NCBI GenBank assembly: GCA_902526175.1
Contig: CABZJY010000001.1
Span: forward strand, 134,698 to 198,697
From: an uncultured Alphaproteobacteria bacterium
GTDB lineage: Bacteria > Pseudomonadota > Alphaproteobacteria > Methylaequorales > Methylaequoraceae
DNA: 64,000 nt
Reading direction: 5' to 3'
Positions within the stretch are counted from its first letter, which is position 1. Every line of letters begins with the position of its first letter. A program made the translations under genes and the position numbers. Under the pieces are notes generated by a model. It did no database searches. It was not told the origin of the DNA and was given only the letters and a program-made list of their open reading frames with translations. Of this stretch, positions 1 through 6,863 are shown in pieces.

Positions 1-698
1 ACAGACTTTATACAATCTGGTACTAGTCTTTTATCATCTAAATTTTGACCTGGACCAAATACATTAAATGGCCTGATTGTATTAACTGCAAGTTTGTACT
101 TTGTTTTATAGACATATGCAAGTGTCTCTGCAATTCTTTTTGATTCGTCATAACATGCTCTTGGACCTTCACAAGAAACATTTCCATTAAACTGTTCATT
201 GGTAGGTATGTTGTTATTGTCTGGGTCACCATAAACCTCACTGCTACTCATTATAACAACATTAGTAACTTTTTTTAAAACAGCCAGCTTCAAAACATTT
301 CTCGTTCCAGAAACATTTGCATCTAGCGTTTCGAGGGGATAAATTCTATAGATGGATGGTGAAGCTATACTTGCACCGTGAATTATGTAGTCCACATCAT
401 TAATATTAACACTTTTACTTACATCAGTATTGTAGAACTTTATTTCATTTTCATTGATTAAATGTTTTAATCTTGTTTTTTTGCTGGAAGAAAAATTATC
501 CATTGCGTGAACAAAGCATCTGTTGGAAGGTTCTAGGGATTTGTTCCATTGATTAATTACATCAACAAAATAGCTACACAAAAAACCATTTGCTCCTGTA
601 ATAAGTAGACTTTTATTTTTGAGATAATCTAATGAACTACCAACTCTCTTAATTATGTGAGAACAATCTTCTTCAATTATTTTGGAGTAATTTGACAT
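1..698 (-). CDS. NAD-dependent epimerase/dehydratase (UDP-glucuronate decarboxylase-like extended SDR), 3' end outside the window
   Basis: Translated by hand from ATG at 698: MSNYSKIIEEDC...LLITGANGFL (Rossmann motif), SSSEVYGDP, catalytic YDESKR (YxxxK), RPFNVFGPG. Not in the ORF track because it runs off the edge. Confidence 0.9.
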   Translation of the reverse strand, partial: MSNYSKIIEEDCSHIIKRVGSSLDYLKNKSLLITGANGFLCSYFVDVINQWNKSLEPSNRCFVHAMDNFSSSKKTRLKHLINENEIKFYNTDVSKSVNINDVDYIIHGASIASPSIYRIYPLETLDANVSGTRNVLKLAVLKKVTNVVIMSSSEVYGDPDNNNIPTNEQFNGNVSCEGPRACYDESKRIAETLAYVYKTKYKLAVNTIRPFNVFGPGQNLDDKRLVPDCIKS

Positions 699-701
699 TT
701 A

Positions 702-1469
702 TTACCAAATTTTCCAATCAGCTTTTTTGTCTTTCCATAAAGATTCCAAAAGATGTTTATCTCTCAAAGCATCCATACATTGCCAAAATCCATGATGTTT
801 GTATGCCGACAGTTTTTTTTCTTTTGCAATTTTTTCAAGCACATCCACTTCTAAGATATCATTATCAGATTTGAGAAAGTCAAAAATCTCGGGTTCTACT
901 ACCATAAACCCACCATTTATCCATCCTTCCTGAATCTGATTTTTTTCTACAAAACTCTTAATTTTGTCTCCTTCAAACTCTATACCTCCAAACCTCGCCG
1001 GAGGTCTTACAGCAGAAATGGTAACAATAGATTTTTGAGATTTATGAAATGAAATTAACTTATTTAAATCTATGTTACTTAATCCATCTCCATACGTAAG
1101 TAAAAACCTTTGATTACCAATAATATTTTGTAACCTTTTTACCCTTCCTCCTGTCATAGTATTAAGTCCAGTTTCAACTAAATGAATTTTCCAGTCTTCT
1201 GAGAAATCTCTGGGTTTTGAAATATTTTTTTTCTTAAAATCTAAATACATATCACCACTAATCTGAGAATAATTAAGAAAATATGTTTTTATCATTTCTG
1301 CCTTATAACCTAAGGCAATAACAAATTCATTAAAGGTAAAAGCTGAATAATATTTCATTATATGCCATAGTATTGGCATTTCCCCTATTTCAACCATCGG
1401 TTTAGGCTTGATAATAGTTTCTTCACTCAATCGAGTTCCAAAACCTCCTGCAAGAATTAATACTTTCAT
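702..1469 (-). CDS. rfbF: Glucose-1-phosphate cytidylyltransferase
   Basis: MKVLILAGGFGTRLSEET..PKPMVEIG, TMTGGR, LTYGDG, WINGGF, GFWQCMD. The likely start is ATG 1469 (track ORF extends to 1496). Confidence 0.93.
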   Translation of the reverse strand: MKVLILAGGFGTRLSEETIIKPKPMVEIGEMPILWHIMKYYSAFTFNEFVIALGYKAEMIKTYFLNYSQISGDMYLDFKKKNISKPRDFSEDWKIHLVETGLNTMTGGRVKRLQNIIGNQRFLLTYGDGLSNIDLNKLISFHKSQKSIVTISAVRPPARFGGIEFEGDKIKSFVEKNQIQEGWINGGFMVVEPEIFDFLKSDNDILEVDVLEKIAKEKKLSAYKHHGFWQCMDALRDKHLLESLWKDKKADWKIW

Positions 1470-1716
1470 ATGTTTAATTTGATTAAAACTTATCACAGGC
1501 TTTTAACTAAAAGAAGAGAAATAAAGAATATTTTTTTGTTACTATGTATTTATCGAATTTTGTATCTTAAGTATTTATTAGAAATTTATTTCTTTTTACA
1601 TATTTCAATAAGAAAGTTTCTCCTCTTATTTTATAGTATTAAATTTTAAAAATAAAATAGTATTACCTTCTCAAAAAATGATACAAATTTTCTATATTTT
1701 ACTGATTTAATAAAAA

Positions 1717-1881
1717 ATGATTGATAAATTTAAAGAAAGTATTCATCAAGAGTTTGAAAGATTCATGAGAGATGAAATGGAAGATAGTGAAAAAAAAAGA
1801 TATATTAAATCTAAGAGATACAAAATTATGATTAAAGAAATATCCAAGATTTTGATAGAAAAAAGTTTAAAGAAAAACTAA
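1717..1881 (+). CDS. Small charged hypothetical protein, 54 aa (MIDKFKESIHQEFERFMRDEMEDSEKKRYIKSKRYKIMIKEISKILIEKSLKKN)
   Basis: Read by hand from ATG 1717 to TAA 1881. Purine-rich, coding-like composition; helical and charged. Below the ORF-track cutoff. Confidence 0.55.
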   Translation: MIDKFKESIHQEFERFMRDEMEDSEKKRYIKSKRYKIMIKEISKILIEKSLKKN

Positions 1882-2122
1882 AAAAGATCAATAAGTTAAA
1901 CATTCTTTATTTTTTTTTAAACCAAATATTAATTTAAATTAAAATTAGTAAGAAGATAAGCCAGAAAACTTTAATTATCATGATCGAACTACGAATTCAT
2001 TTCTTCTGCAAGAGTAGATTTAAAATATCAATAGTTTTATGATTTAGAAATTAAATTCTTAAAAACTTGCAAAATAATTTCAAATCTGGAATAAAAATAA
2101 CATCAACTAAGATAAAATCTTT

Positions 2123-2210
2123 GCGCTCGTGCTGAAATTGGTAAACAGACTGGACTTAAAATCCAGCGGAACATTGTTCCTTGTCGGTTCAAGTCCGACC
2201 GAGCGCACCA
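2123..2210 (+). tRNA. tRNA-Leu (anticodon TAA)
   Basis: Acceptor GCGCTCG/CGAGCGC-A-CCA, anticodon arm CTGGA-CTTAAAA-TCCAG, long variable arm GGAAC..GTTCC, T-loop GGTTCAAGTCC. Confidence 0.97.
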
Positions 2211-2233
2211 AATGAAAAGTAAATTCTATTTAT

Positions 2234-2260
2234 AAAAAAAAGGGGATTTTTAATCCCCTT
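2234..2260 (-). terminator. Rho-independent terminator oriented for the minus-strand small ORF (may also stop tRNA-Leu read-through)
   Basis: 9-bp stem AAGGGGATT/AATCCCCTT with a 3-nt loop. The U-tract lies on the minus strand (A-run 2234-2241 on +). Confidence 0.85.
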
Positions 2261-2290
2261 ATCGTATTAATTTCGGTCAATTTAACTTTT

Positions 2291-2368
2291 CTAATTAACT
2301 TTATTGTTGAGATTATCTGACAAATAGTTAATTAAGTTAAATTGAGTTTCATTTTTAATACTAGACAT
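2291..2368 (-). CDS. Putative 25-aa small peptide (MSSIKNETQFNLINYLSDNLNNKVN)
   Basis: ATG at 2368 is preceded by AAAGGAGGTGATCTG (GGAGG 7 nt from ATG). TAG at 2291-2293. Flanked by a promoter and a terminator. Confidence 0.65.
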   Translation of the reverse strand: MSSIKNETQFNLINYLSDNLNNKVN

Positions 2369-2370
2369 CA

Positions 2371-2433
2371 GATCACCTCCTTTAAATTAGTTAATAATTT
2401 TTATATAGTACAAATTTTTAAAAAGTAATTCAA
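2371..2433 (-). promoter_or_regulatory. Sigma70-type promoter plus extended Shine-Dalgarno for the 25-aa ORF
   Basis: -35 TTGAAT (2428-2433), 17-nt spacer, -10 TACTAT (2405-2410). SD AAAGGAGGTGATC (2371-2383). Confidence 0.7.
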
Positions 2434-2560
2434 ATGTAAATTTAATTGATTATATGTGTTATCAATCTTTAAACTGTAAAATCTTTTGTAAAGAAATTTT
2501 TATTTATTTTATTTATGAAAAAATTCCTACCTCTTATAATTTTTTGCGCAATTATATTTT

Positions 2561-3697
2561 ATGGATTTTATGAAAGTTATAAAAATAAAGTTGAAAAATA
2601 TCCAAAAATATTTAATACAGAAAATACCTTTGATTAATACTATTTTGATTTTTTTAAGAAAGTTCTCTTTTTATTTTTTTATTTATCTTTTTTCATATTG
2701 TTTTTTTATATTTCCCTATGAAGCATTATATTATCTATACTTTGGAAACATAATAGGAATTAATTCTTTTCTAATCAACTTTTGTATAACAACAATAGTT
2801 ATTTCTTATTTTCGATCAGTTATAAGGCTTTCTTTTTTAAGGTATTTAATACATTATGGAATTGGAATAGGTTTTATAGGATTTTTCATTTTAATCTTCG
2901 GGCTTTTAATCAATATAATCTTTACTGGAAACTCTGAGAAAATTGCTCTGATATGTCTAAATATTCATATTTTCTTAATTATTCTAAGTATAAAAAATGG
3001 AAATACAATTTATCTCAAAACATTAGATATTAGAACTGATAAAAAGATAAAAACTGATATAAATCTTATTTTTTTAAGTGATCTTCATTTAGGATCTAAT
3101 TCAAAAAATCATTTAAAAAAAATTATTAAAAAAATAAAACAAATTAAATATGATTTGCTTTTAATAGGTGGGGATATGATTGATTCAAGCAAATTTAATC
3201 TTGGTAATTTAAAATTATTTTTTGAAATCAGCAAACCCATAATATTTGTATCAGGAAATCATGAATACTATTTAAATAATTTTAAAGAAAAACTTTCTTC
3301 GCTAAAAGAATATAATATTAATTTTCTAAACAATATGTCTTTCAAATACAAAGAACTTAATATCATCGGTATTAGTGATGATATCAATCTTAATACAAAA
3401 GAAAATCTTACTACAAAATTATTAAAAAGGAATTTTTTTAATTTAGTTTTGGTACATAAGCCTTGTTTATGGGATTTTTTACCAAGCTCAATTGATTTAA
3501 TGCTATCTGGACACACTCATAATGGCCAAATTTTCCCATTTAATTTAATTGTTAAATTAAAGTATAAATACATCTTCGGTTTATACAAAAAATCAAATTC
3601 CAAACTATATGTTTCAAGTGGTTCTGGTTGTTGGGGACCAAGAATGAGGTTAGGATCTAGAAATGAAATAGTTTATATTAAATTAAGAAAAAAATAG
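2561..3697 (+). CDS. Membrane-anchored calcineurin-like metallophosphoesterase (YkuE/YaeI family)
   Basis: N-terminal TM helices; motifs SDLHLG, GGDMID, GNHE, GHTHNGQ, SSGSGCWGPRMR. The true start may be TTG 2630. Confidence 0.9.
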   Translation: MDFMKVIKIKLKNIQKYLIQKIPLINTILIFLRKFSFYFFIYLFSYCFFIFPYEALYYLYFGNIIGINSFLINFCITTIVISYFRSVIRLSFLRYLIHYGIGIGFIGFFILIFGLLINIIFTGNSEKIALICLNIHIFLIILSIKNGNTIYLKTLDIRTDKKIKTDINLIFLSDLHLGSNSKNHLKKIIKKIKQIKYDLLLIGGDMIDSSKFNLGNLKLFFEISKPIIFVSGNHEYYLNNFKEKLSSLKEYNINFLNNMSFKYKELNIIGISDDINLNTKENLTTKLLKRNFFNLVLVHKPCLWDFLPSSIDLMLSGHTHNGQIFPFNLIVKLKYKYIFGLYKKSNSKLYVSSGSGCWGPRMRLGSRNEIVYIKLRKK

Positions 3698-3699
3698 AT

Positions 3700-3906
3700 T
3701 TAACGTTTTTTCCACTTTTTTCCTGTCAAAAGATCATGCACGTAAGTATTTCCCTTCTTATCAAATTTAGTTTGGTACCTTATTGAATCAAAATTACTGA
3801 TTACAATATTTGCAAAAACGAAGATACTTGACAATGTCAAAACTTGTTTCTTTTTTCTAAATAAGAACAGGAGTACTTGTCCTGAGACAAGAAAATAAAT
3901 AAACAT
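3700..3906 (-). CDS. Small hypothetical membrane protein
   Basis: 68-aa ORF with hydrophobic segments and a YVHDLLTGKKWK tail. It abuts the convergent stop of the neighbouring gene; a TATAAT lies upstream. Confidence 0.55.
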   Translation of the reverse strand: MFIYFLVSGQVLLFLFRKKKQVLTLSSIFVFANIVISNFDSIRYQTKFDKKGNTYVHDLLTGKKWKKR

Positions 3907-4000
3907 AAATTTACCATTGAAAAATTTAATTATAACTTAGTAACTCAATATGTTAAATTTATAATAAGAATGTCACATATTCATAAAATTTATAAGAGCA

Positions 4001-5029
4001 TTAAAAAGAATATTGCCAACCTATTATCGAATTTACACTATCTGACATTTGAATACCTCTTAAATTTTGGTAGACCGGGAATATAAATTCAATACCTAAT
4101 CTATTATTTTTCATGAACTCTTTATGATTTATAAAATTTAATCCAAAACCAAATTCTAATTTGTTGTAACCTTGATTTCGACTATCCATTGCTGGACTCA
4201 TTCTTTTGTTCATTTCATTATCAGAACCAAACATTTTTTCTTGGTATTTGTAATTAATTTTTAAAGATGTTGATAAATTTTTTAACCAACGATAAGAAAT
4301 CCATGTCTTTAAATCAATTAAATTTCCATAATGATAACCTTTTGAATTATGTTTAGAAAAGTTTGTTTTGAACAAAATCTGTTCACCAATCTTAAATTTT
4401 CCTAAATTATTCACATTATTTAAAAATATGAAAGGATCAAGAGTTCCTGTTCCATTCTGCATTGCATATCCAAGACGCGCATTCGATGAAGCAGGTGTAA
4501 CATCTCTTTTATCAATACTACCAGTTGGAATGCTTAACCCAATACCCAATATCGCATCCTGATGATTATCTTGTAGTATTTTAATAAGGCCAGAAATCCT
4601 TATATCTCCAATACCGCTTGAATTTACATCAAATCTTGAACTTCCCGACATCGGCATTCTTTCTTGTTTCATTTCTTTCTCAACATAATTTGTCATCAAC
4701 ATTAGTGTTAAATTGTTATTAGGCGCATACATAGCTCCAAACATGTGCATATCCATCCTCATTTCAACAGGTGAGTTCATATATGTACCAGAATTATCTG
4801 AGGCTGAATTTGGTGAAGCCATAGCCTCCCTAAGGGCTATTTTTTTTTCTCCATTTAATAAACCATGCATTCTCATGTTACTAAAACGATATGAAAACAT
4901 TACTTCACCTTCATTGTGCATATGCTCACCCATTATAGAAATTGGCCCATGGCTGTCTGAAATATGAAGTTCGTCAGCGTGGGAACTTATAAAAACACTC
5001 AAAAAAAGTGTTAAGAATATTAAAAACAT
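4001..5029 (-). CDS. His/Met-rich putative outer-membrane beta-barrel 'transporter' (Phenol_MetA_deg-like), probably metal-related
   Basis: Signal peptide; HGPISIMGEHMHNEGEVMFSYRFSNMRM N-terminus; MRMDMHMFGAMYAP, GIGDI, GLSIPTGS, YAMQNGTGT; C-terminal OMP signature GWQYSF; SD AAGGAGA. Confidence 0.75.
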   Translation of the reverse strand: MFLIFLTLFLSVFISSHADELHISDSHGPISIMGEHMHNEGEVMFSYRFSNMRMHGLLNGEKKIALREAMASPNSASDNSGTYMNSPVEMRMDMHMFGAMYAPNNNLTLMLMTNYVEKEMKQERMPMSGSSRFDVNSSGIGDIRISGLIKILQDNHQDAILGIGLSIPTGSIDKRDVTPASSNARLGYAMQNGTGTLDPFIFLNNVNNLGKFKIGEQILFKTNFSKHNSKGYHYGNLIDLKTWISYRWLKNLSTSLKINYKYQEKMFGSDNEMNKRMSPAMDSRNQGYNKLEFGFGLNFINHKEFMKNNRLGIEFIFPVYQNLRGIQMSDSVNSIIGWQYSF

Positions 5030-5071
5030 TATCTCTCCTTAATTAGATTTAAAATTAAATTTTGTAAAATT

Positions 5072-5365
5072 TTAATATGGGGGAGAGTTTGATTTTGGTT
5101 GTATCTTAGGATTGTGCCTTAAATATGTTTTAAATAATAATTTTTTTACATCTAACTTTAGTAAATTTGAACAGTATTTATTGTTGTTAAGATAATCTAA
5201 TTCAGATAATACACAAAGATTGCAATGATTATTGTTACTATTTTCTTCATTAGAAGAACAAAAACCATCAGGGTTTATATTTATGAAGTTTTTTGCTACA
5301 GAGTTTTGTCCGTATAATAGAAATAAAAAAATAAATATTTTAAAAAAGATTTTACTATTTAACAT
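5072..5365 (-). CDS. DUF2946/CruR/CutF-like leader protein (signal peptide, CxxC, C-terminal NSPP)
   Basis: Likely start ATG 5365. Signal-like N-terminus, FCS, HCNLC, C-terminal QPKSNSPPY; 42 nt upstream of a putative metal transporter. Confidence 0.7.
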   Translation of the reverse strand: MLNSKIFFKIFIFLFLLYGQNSVAKNFININPDGFCSSNEENSNNNHCNLCVLSELDYLNNNKYCSNLLKLDVKKLLFKTYLRHNPKIQPKSNSPPY

Positions 5366-5398
5366 AATAAAGTAAAAACGCAAAACTAATATTACCTT

Positions 5399-5407
5399 AT
5401 TATAACA
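5399..5407 (-). promoter_or_regulatory. Extended -10 promoter element (TGnTATAAT) for the leader-transporter unit
   Basis: The minus strand reads TGTTATAAT about 35 nt upstream of ATG 5365. Confidence 0.5.
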
Positions 5408-5484
5408 TATTATTTTTGAATAATGCTAGTTAACATTAACATGAACTCACATAAGTTATTATCATTAAAGAATTGGACTATGTT

Positions 5485-5664
5485 TTATCCAAATATATTC
5501 TTGATATTTGAGATTGGGTTTCTTAATCTCTCATATACTTTTTCAATAAAACCAATGTGTGTTGACAATTTAGAATCTAGTTCATTTATACTAGATTGAA
5601 GCTTGTTAATTTTAGCTTCTAACTTTTTAATTCTTGCAGCATCAAGGGTATCAATCTTTTTCAT
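5485..5664 (-). CDS. 59-aa coiled-coil hypothetical protein (MKKIDTLDAARIKKLEAKINKLQSSINELDSKLSTHIGFIEKVYERLRNPISNIKNIFG)
   Basis: Read by hand from ATG 5664 to TAA 5485. Clear heptad pattern and amphipathic C-terminus. Just below the ORF-track cutoff. Confidence 0.7.
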   Translation of the reverse strand: MKKIDTLDAARIKKLEAKINKLQSSINELDSKLSTHIGFIEKVYERLRNPISNIKNIFG

Positions 5665-5914
5665 AGTTAAGATTTAATCATACTCTGCAAACTATTCAAC
5701 CAAATTTCTACTAATTTTTATTAAACTTTAGAAATACCTGACGTTATAGTTGTATGTTCCACGTATATTTTAAATTATTTATTTACCTTTACTTACTAAT
5801 AATTTTTAGTATTTTTTTCTTTATTACATTTTATAAACCAAAAAAAGAAGAAAATAAATTTGAAAAATCTTATTCAAAAAAATATAATATATTATAATTT
5901 TTGAGTATTTCATT

Positions 5915-6250
5915 GTGTTTTTTTTTCTTAAGGTAATATTTGCTAGCTTAATAATTTCTTTTGCTAGTTGGTTATCATTTAAAAAACCCGCGACCGCAGG
6001 TTTTATTGTTGCTCTGCCATTAGTAAGCATTATAACGATTTTGTTTTCTTACTTGGAATATAAAGATTTCGAAAAAACTATTATATTTTCTAAGAATATT
6101 CTAATAGCTATTCCTTTATCTGTAACATTTTTTATTCCATTTTTTTTAGCAAAGATACTGGGACTAAATTTTTGGTTTACATATTCGTTGGGTCTCTTAA
6201 TTTTATTTTTAGCGTATATTCTACATAAATACCTTAGCAATTTTTTATAA
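5915..6250 (+). CDS. Small four-TM membrane protein (DUF3147-like)
   Basis: 111 aa; LKVIFASLIISFASW..K.P..AGFIVALPLVSI pattern. Confidence 0.7.
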   Translation: MFFFLKVIFASLIISFASWLSFKKPATAGFIVALPLVSIITILFSYLEYKDFEKTIIFSKNILIAIPLSVTFFIPFFLAKILGLNFWFTYSLGLLILFLAYILHKYLSNFL

Positions 6251-6391
6251 AATAAAATAATGTTTGAATTTATTAGACTGATAAAACACCTCTCAAAAAT
6301 TTTTTTATTTTTTTTTTGTTTTTTTTTTTTAATAAAATCTATATTTAAATTTATTTAGCTCTGTTATATTAAATGAAAATTAACTTAAATC

Positions 6392-6862
6392 ATGGAAAAA
6401 AAATTTATTGATTATGGTCAAAGAATAAACAAAGCTCTTCTTCAAGTTGTAAGAGACATATTAATGGACCTATCGGAATTAAAAATTTCATCTAATCATT
6501 GCTTTTACATTACTTTTGATACAGGATATAAGAATGTAGAAATTAGCAAATCATTAAAAAAAGATTATCCAAAAGAGATGACAATTATTCTCCAAAATCA
6601 ATTCTGGGATTTGCTCATATCTGAAGAATCTTTTAGCGTTACTCTTTCTTTTAATAGAAAACGAGAAAATCTAACTATACCTTTTGAATCAATCAAAAGA
6701 TTTAATGATCCCTTCGTAAAATTTAGTTTAGAACTTGATATAAGGAATAAAGTTAAATCTGACTATAAACACTCTAAAGATAAAAATGTTGGTAATAGTT
6801 CAAACAGTAAAATTGACAAAAATATAGTTTCACTTGAAAATTTTAGAAAAAAGAAAGACTGA
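6392..6862 (+). CDS. sspB: ClpXP specificity-enhancing factor SspB (alphaproteobacterial type)
   Basis: HCFYITFDT, YPKEMTIILQNQFWDL, FSVTLSF, FNDPFVKF, C-terminal ClpX-binding IVSLENFRKK. Confidence 0.92.
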   Translation: MEKKFIDYGQRINKALLQVVRDILMDLSELKISSNHCFYITFDTGYKNVEISKSLKKDYPKEMTIILQNQFWDLLISEESFSVTLSFNRKRENLTIPFESIKRFNDPFVKFSLELDIRNKVKSDYKHSKDKNVGNSSNSKIDKNIVSLENFRKKKD

Positions 6863-6863
6863 C

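Noticed and set aside
1934-1981. 15-aa hydrophobic ORF MIIKVFWLIFLLILI (minus strand) resembling a type I toxin
   Set aside because: No convincing SD, terminator or antisense RNA structure; such ORFs arise by chance in AT-rich DNA.
2371-2383. GATCACCTCCTTT as a 16S rRNA gene remnant
   Set aside because: The flanking sequence has no 16S similarity (no GCGGCTG upstream). It is better explained as an SD on the minus strand.
5392-5412. Possible Zur box (ATATGTTATAATA)
   Set aside because: Only a half-site without the palindromic partner; fully explained as an extended -10 element.
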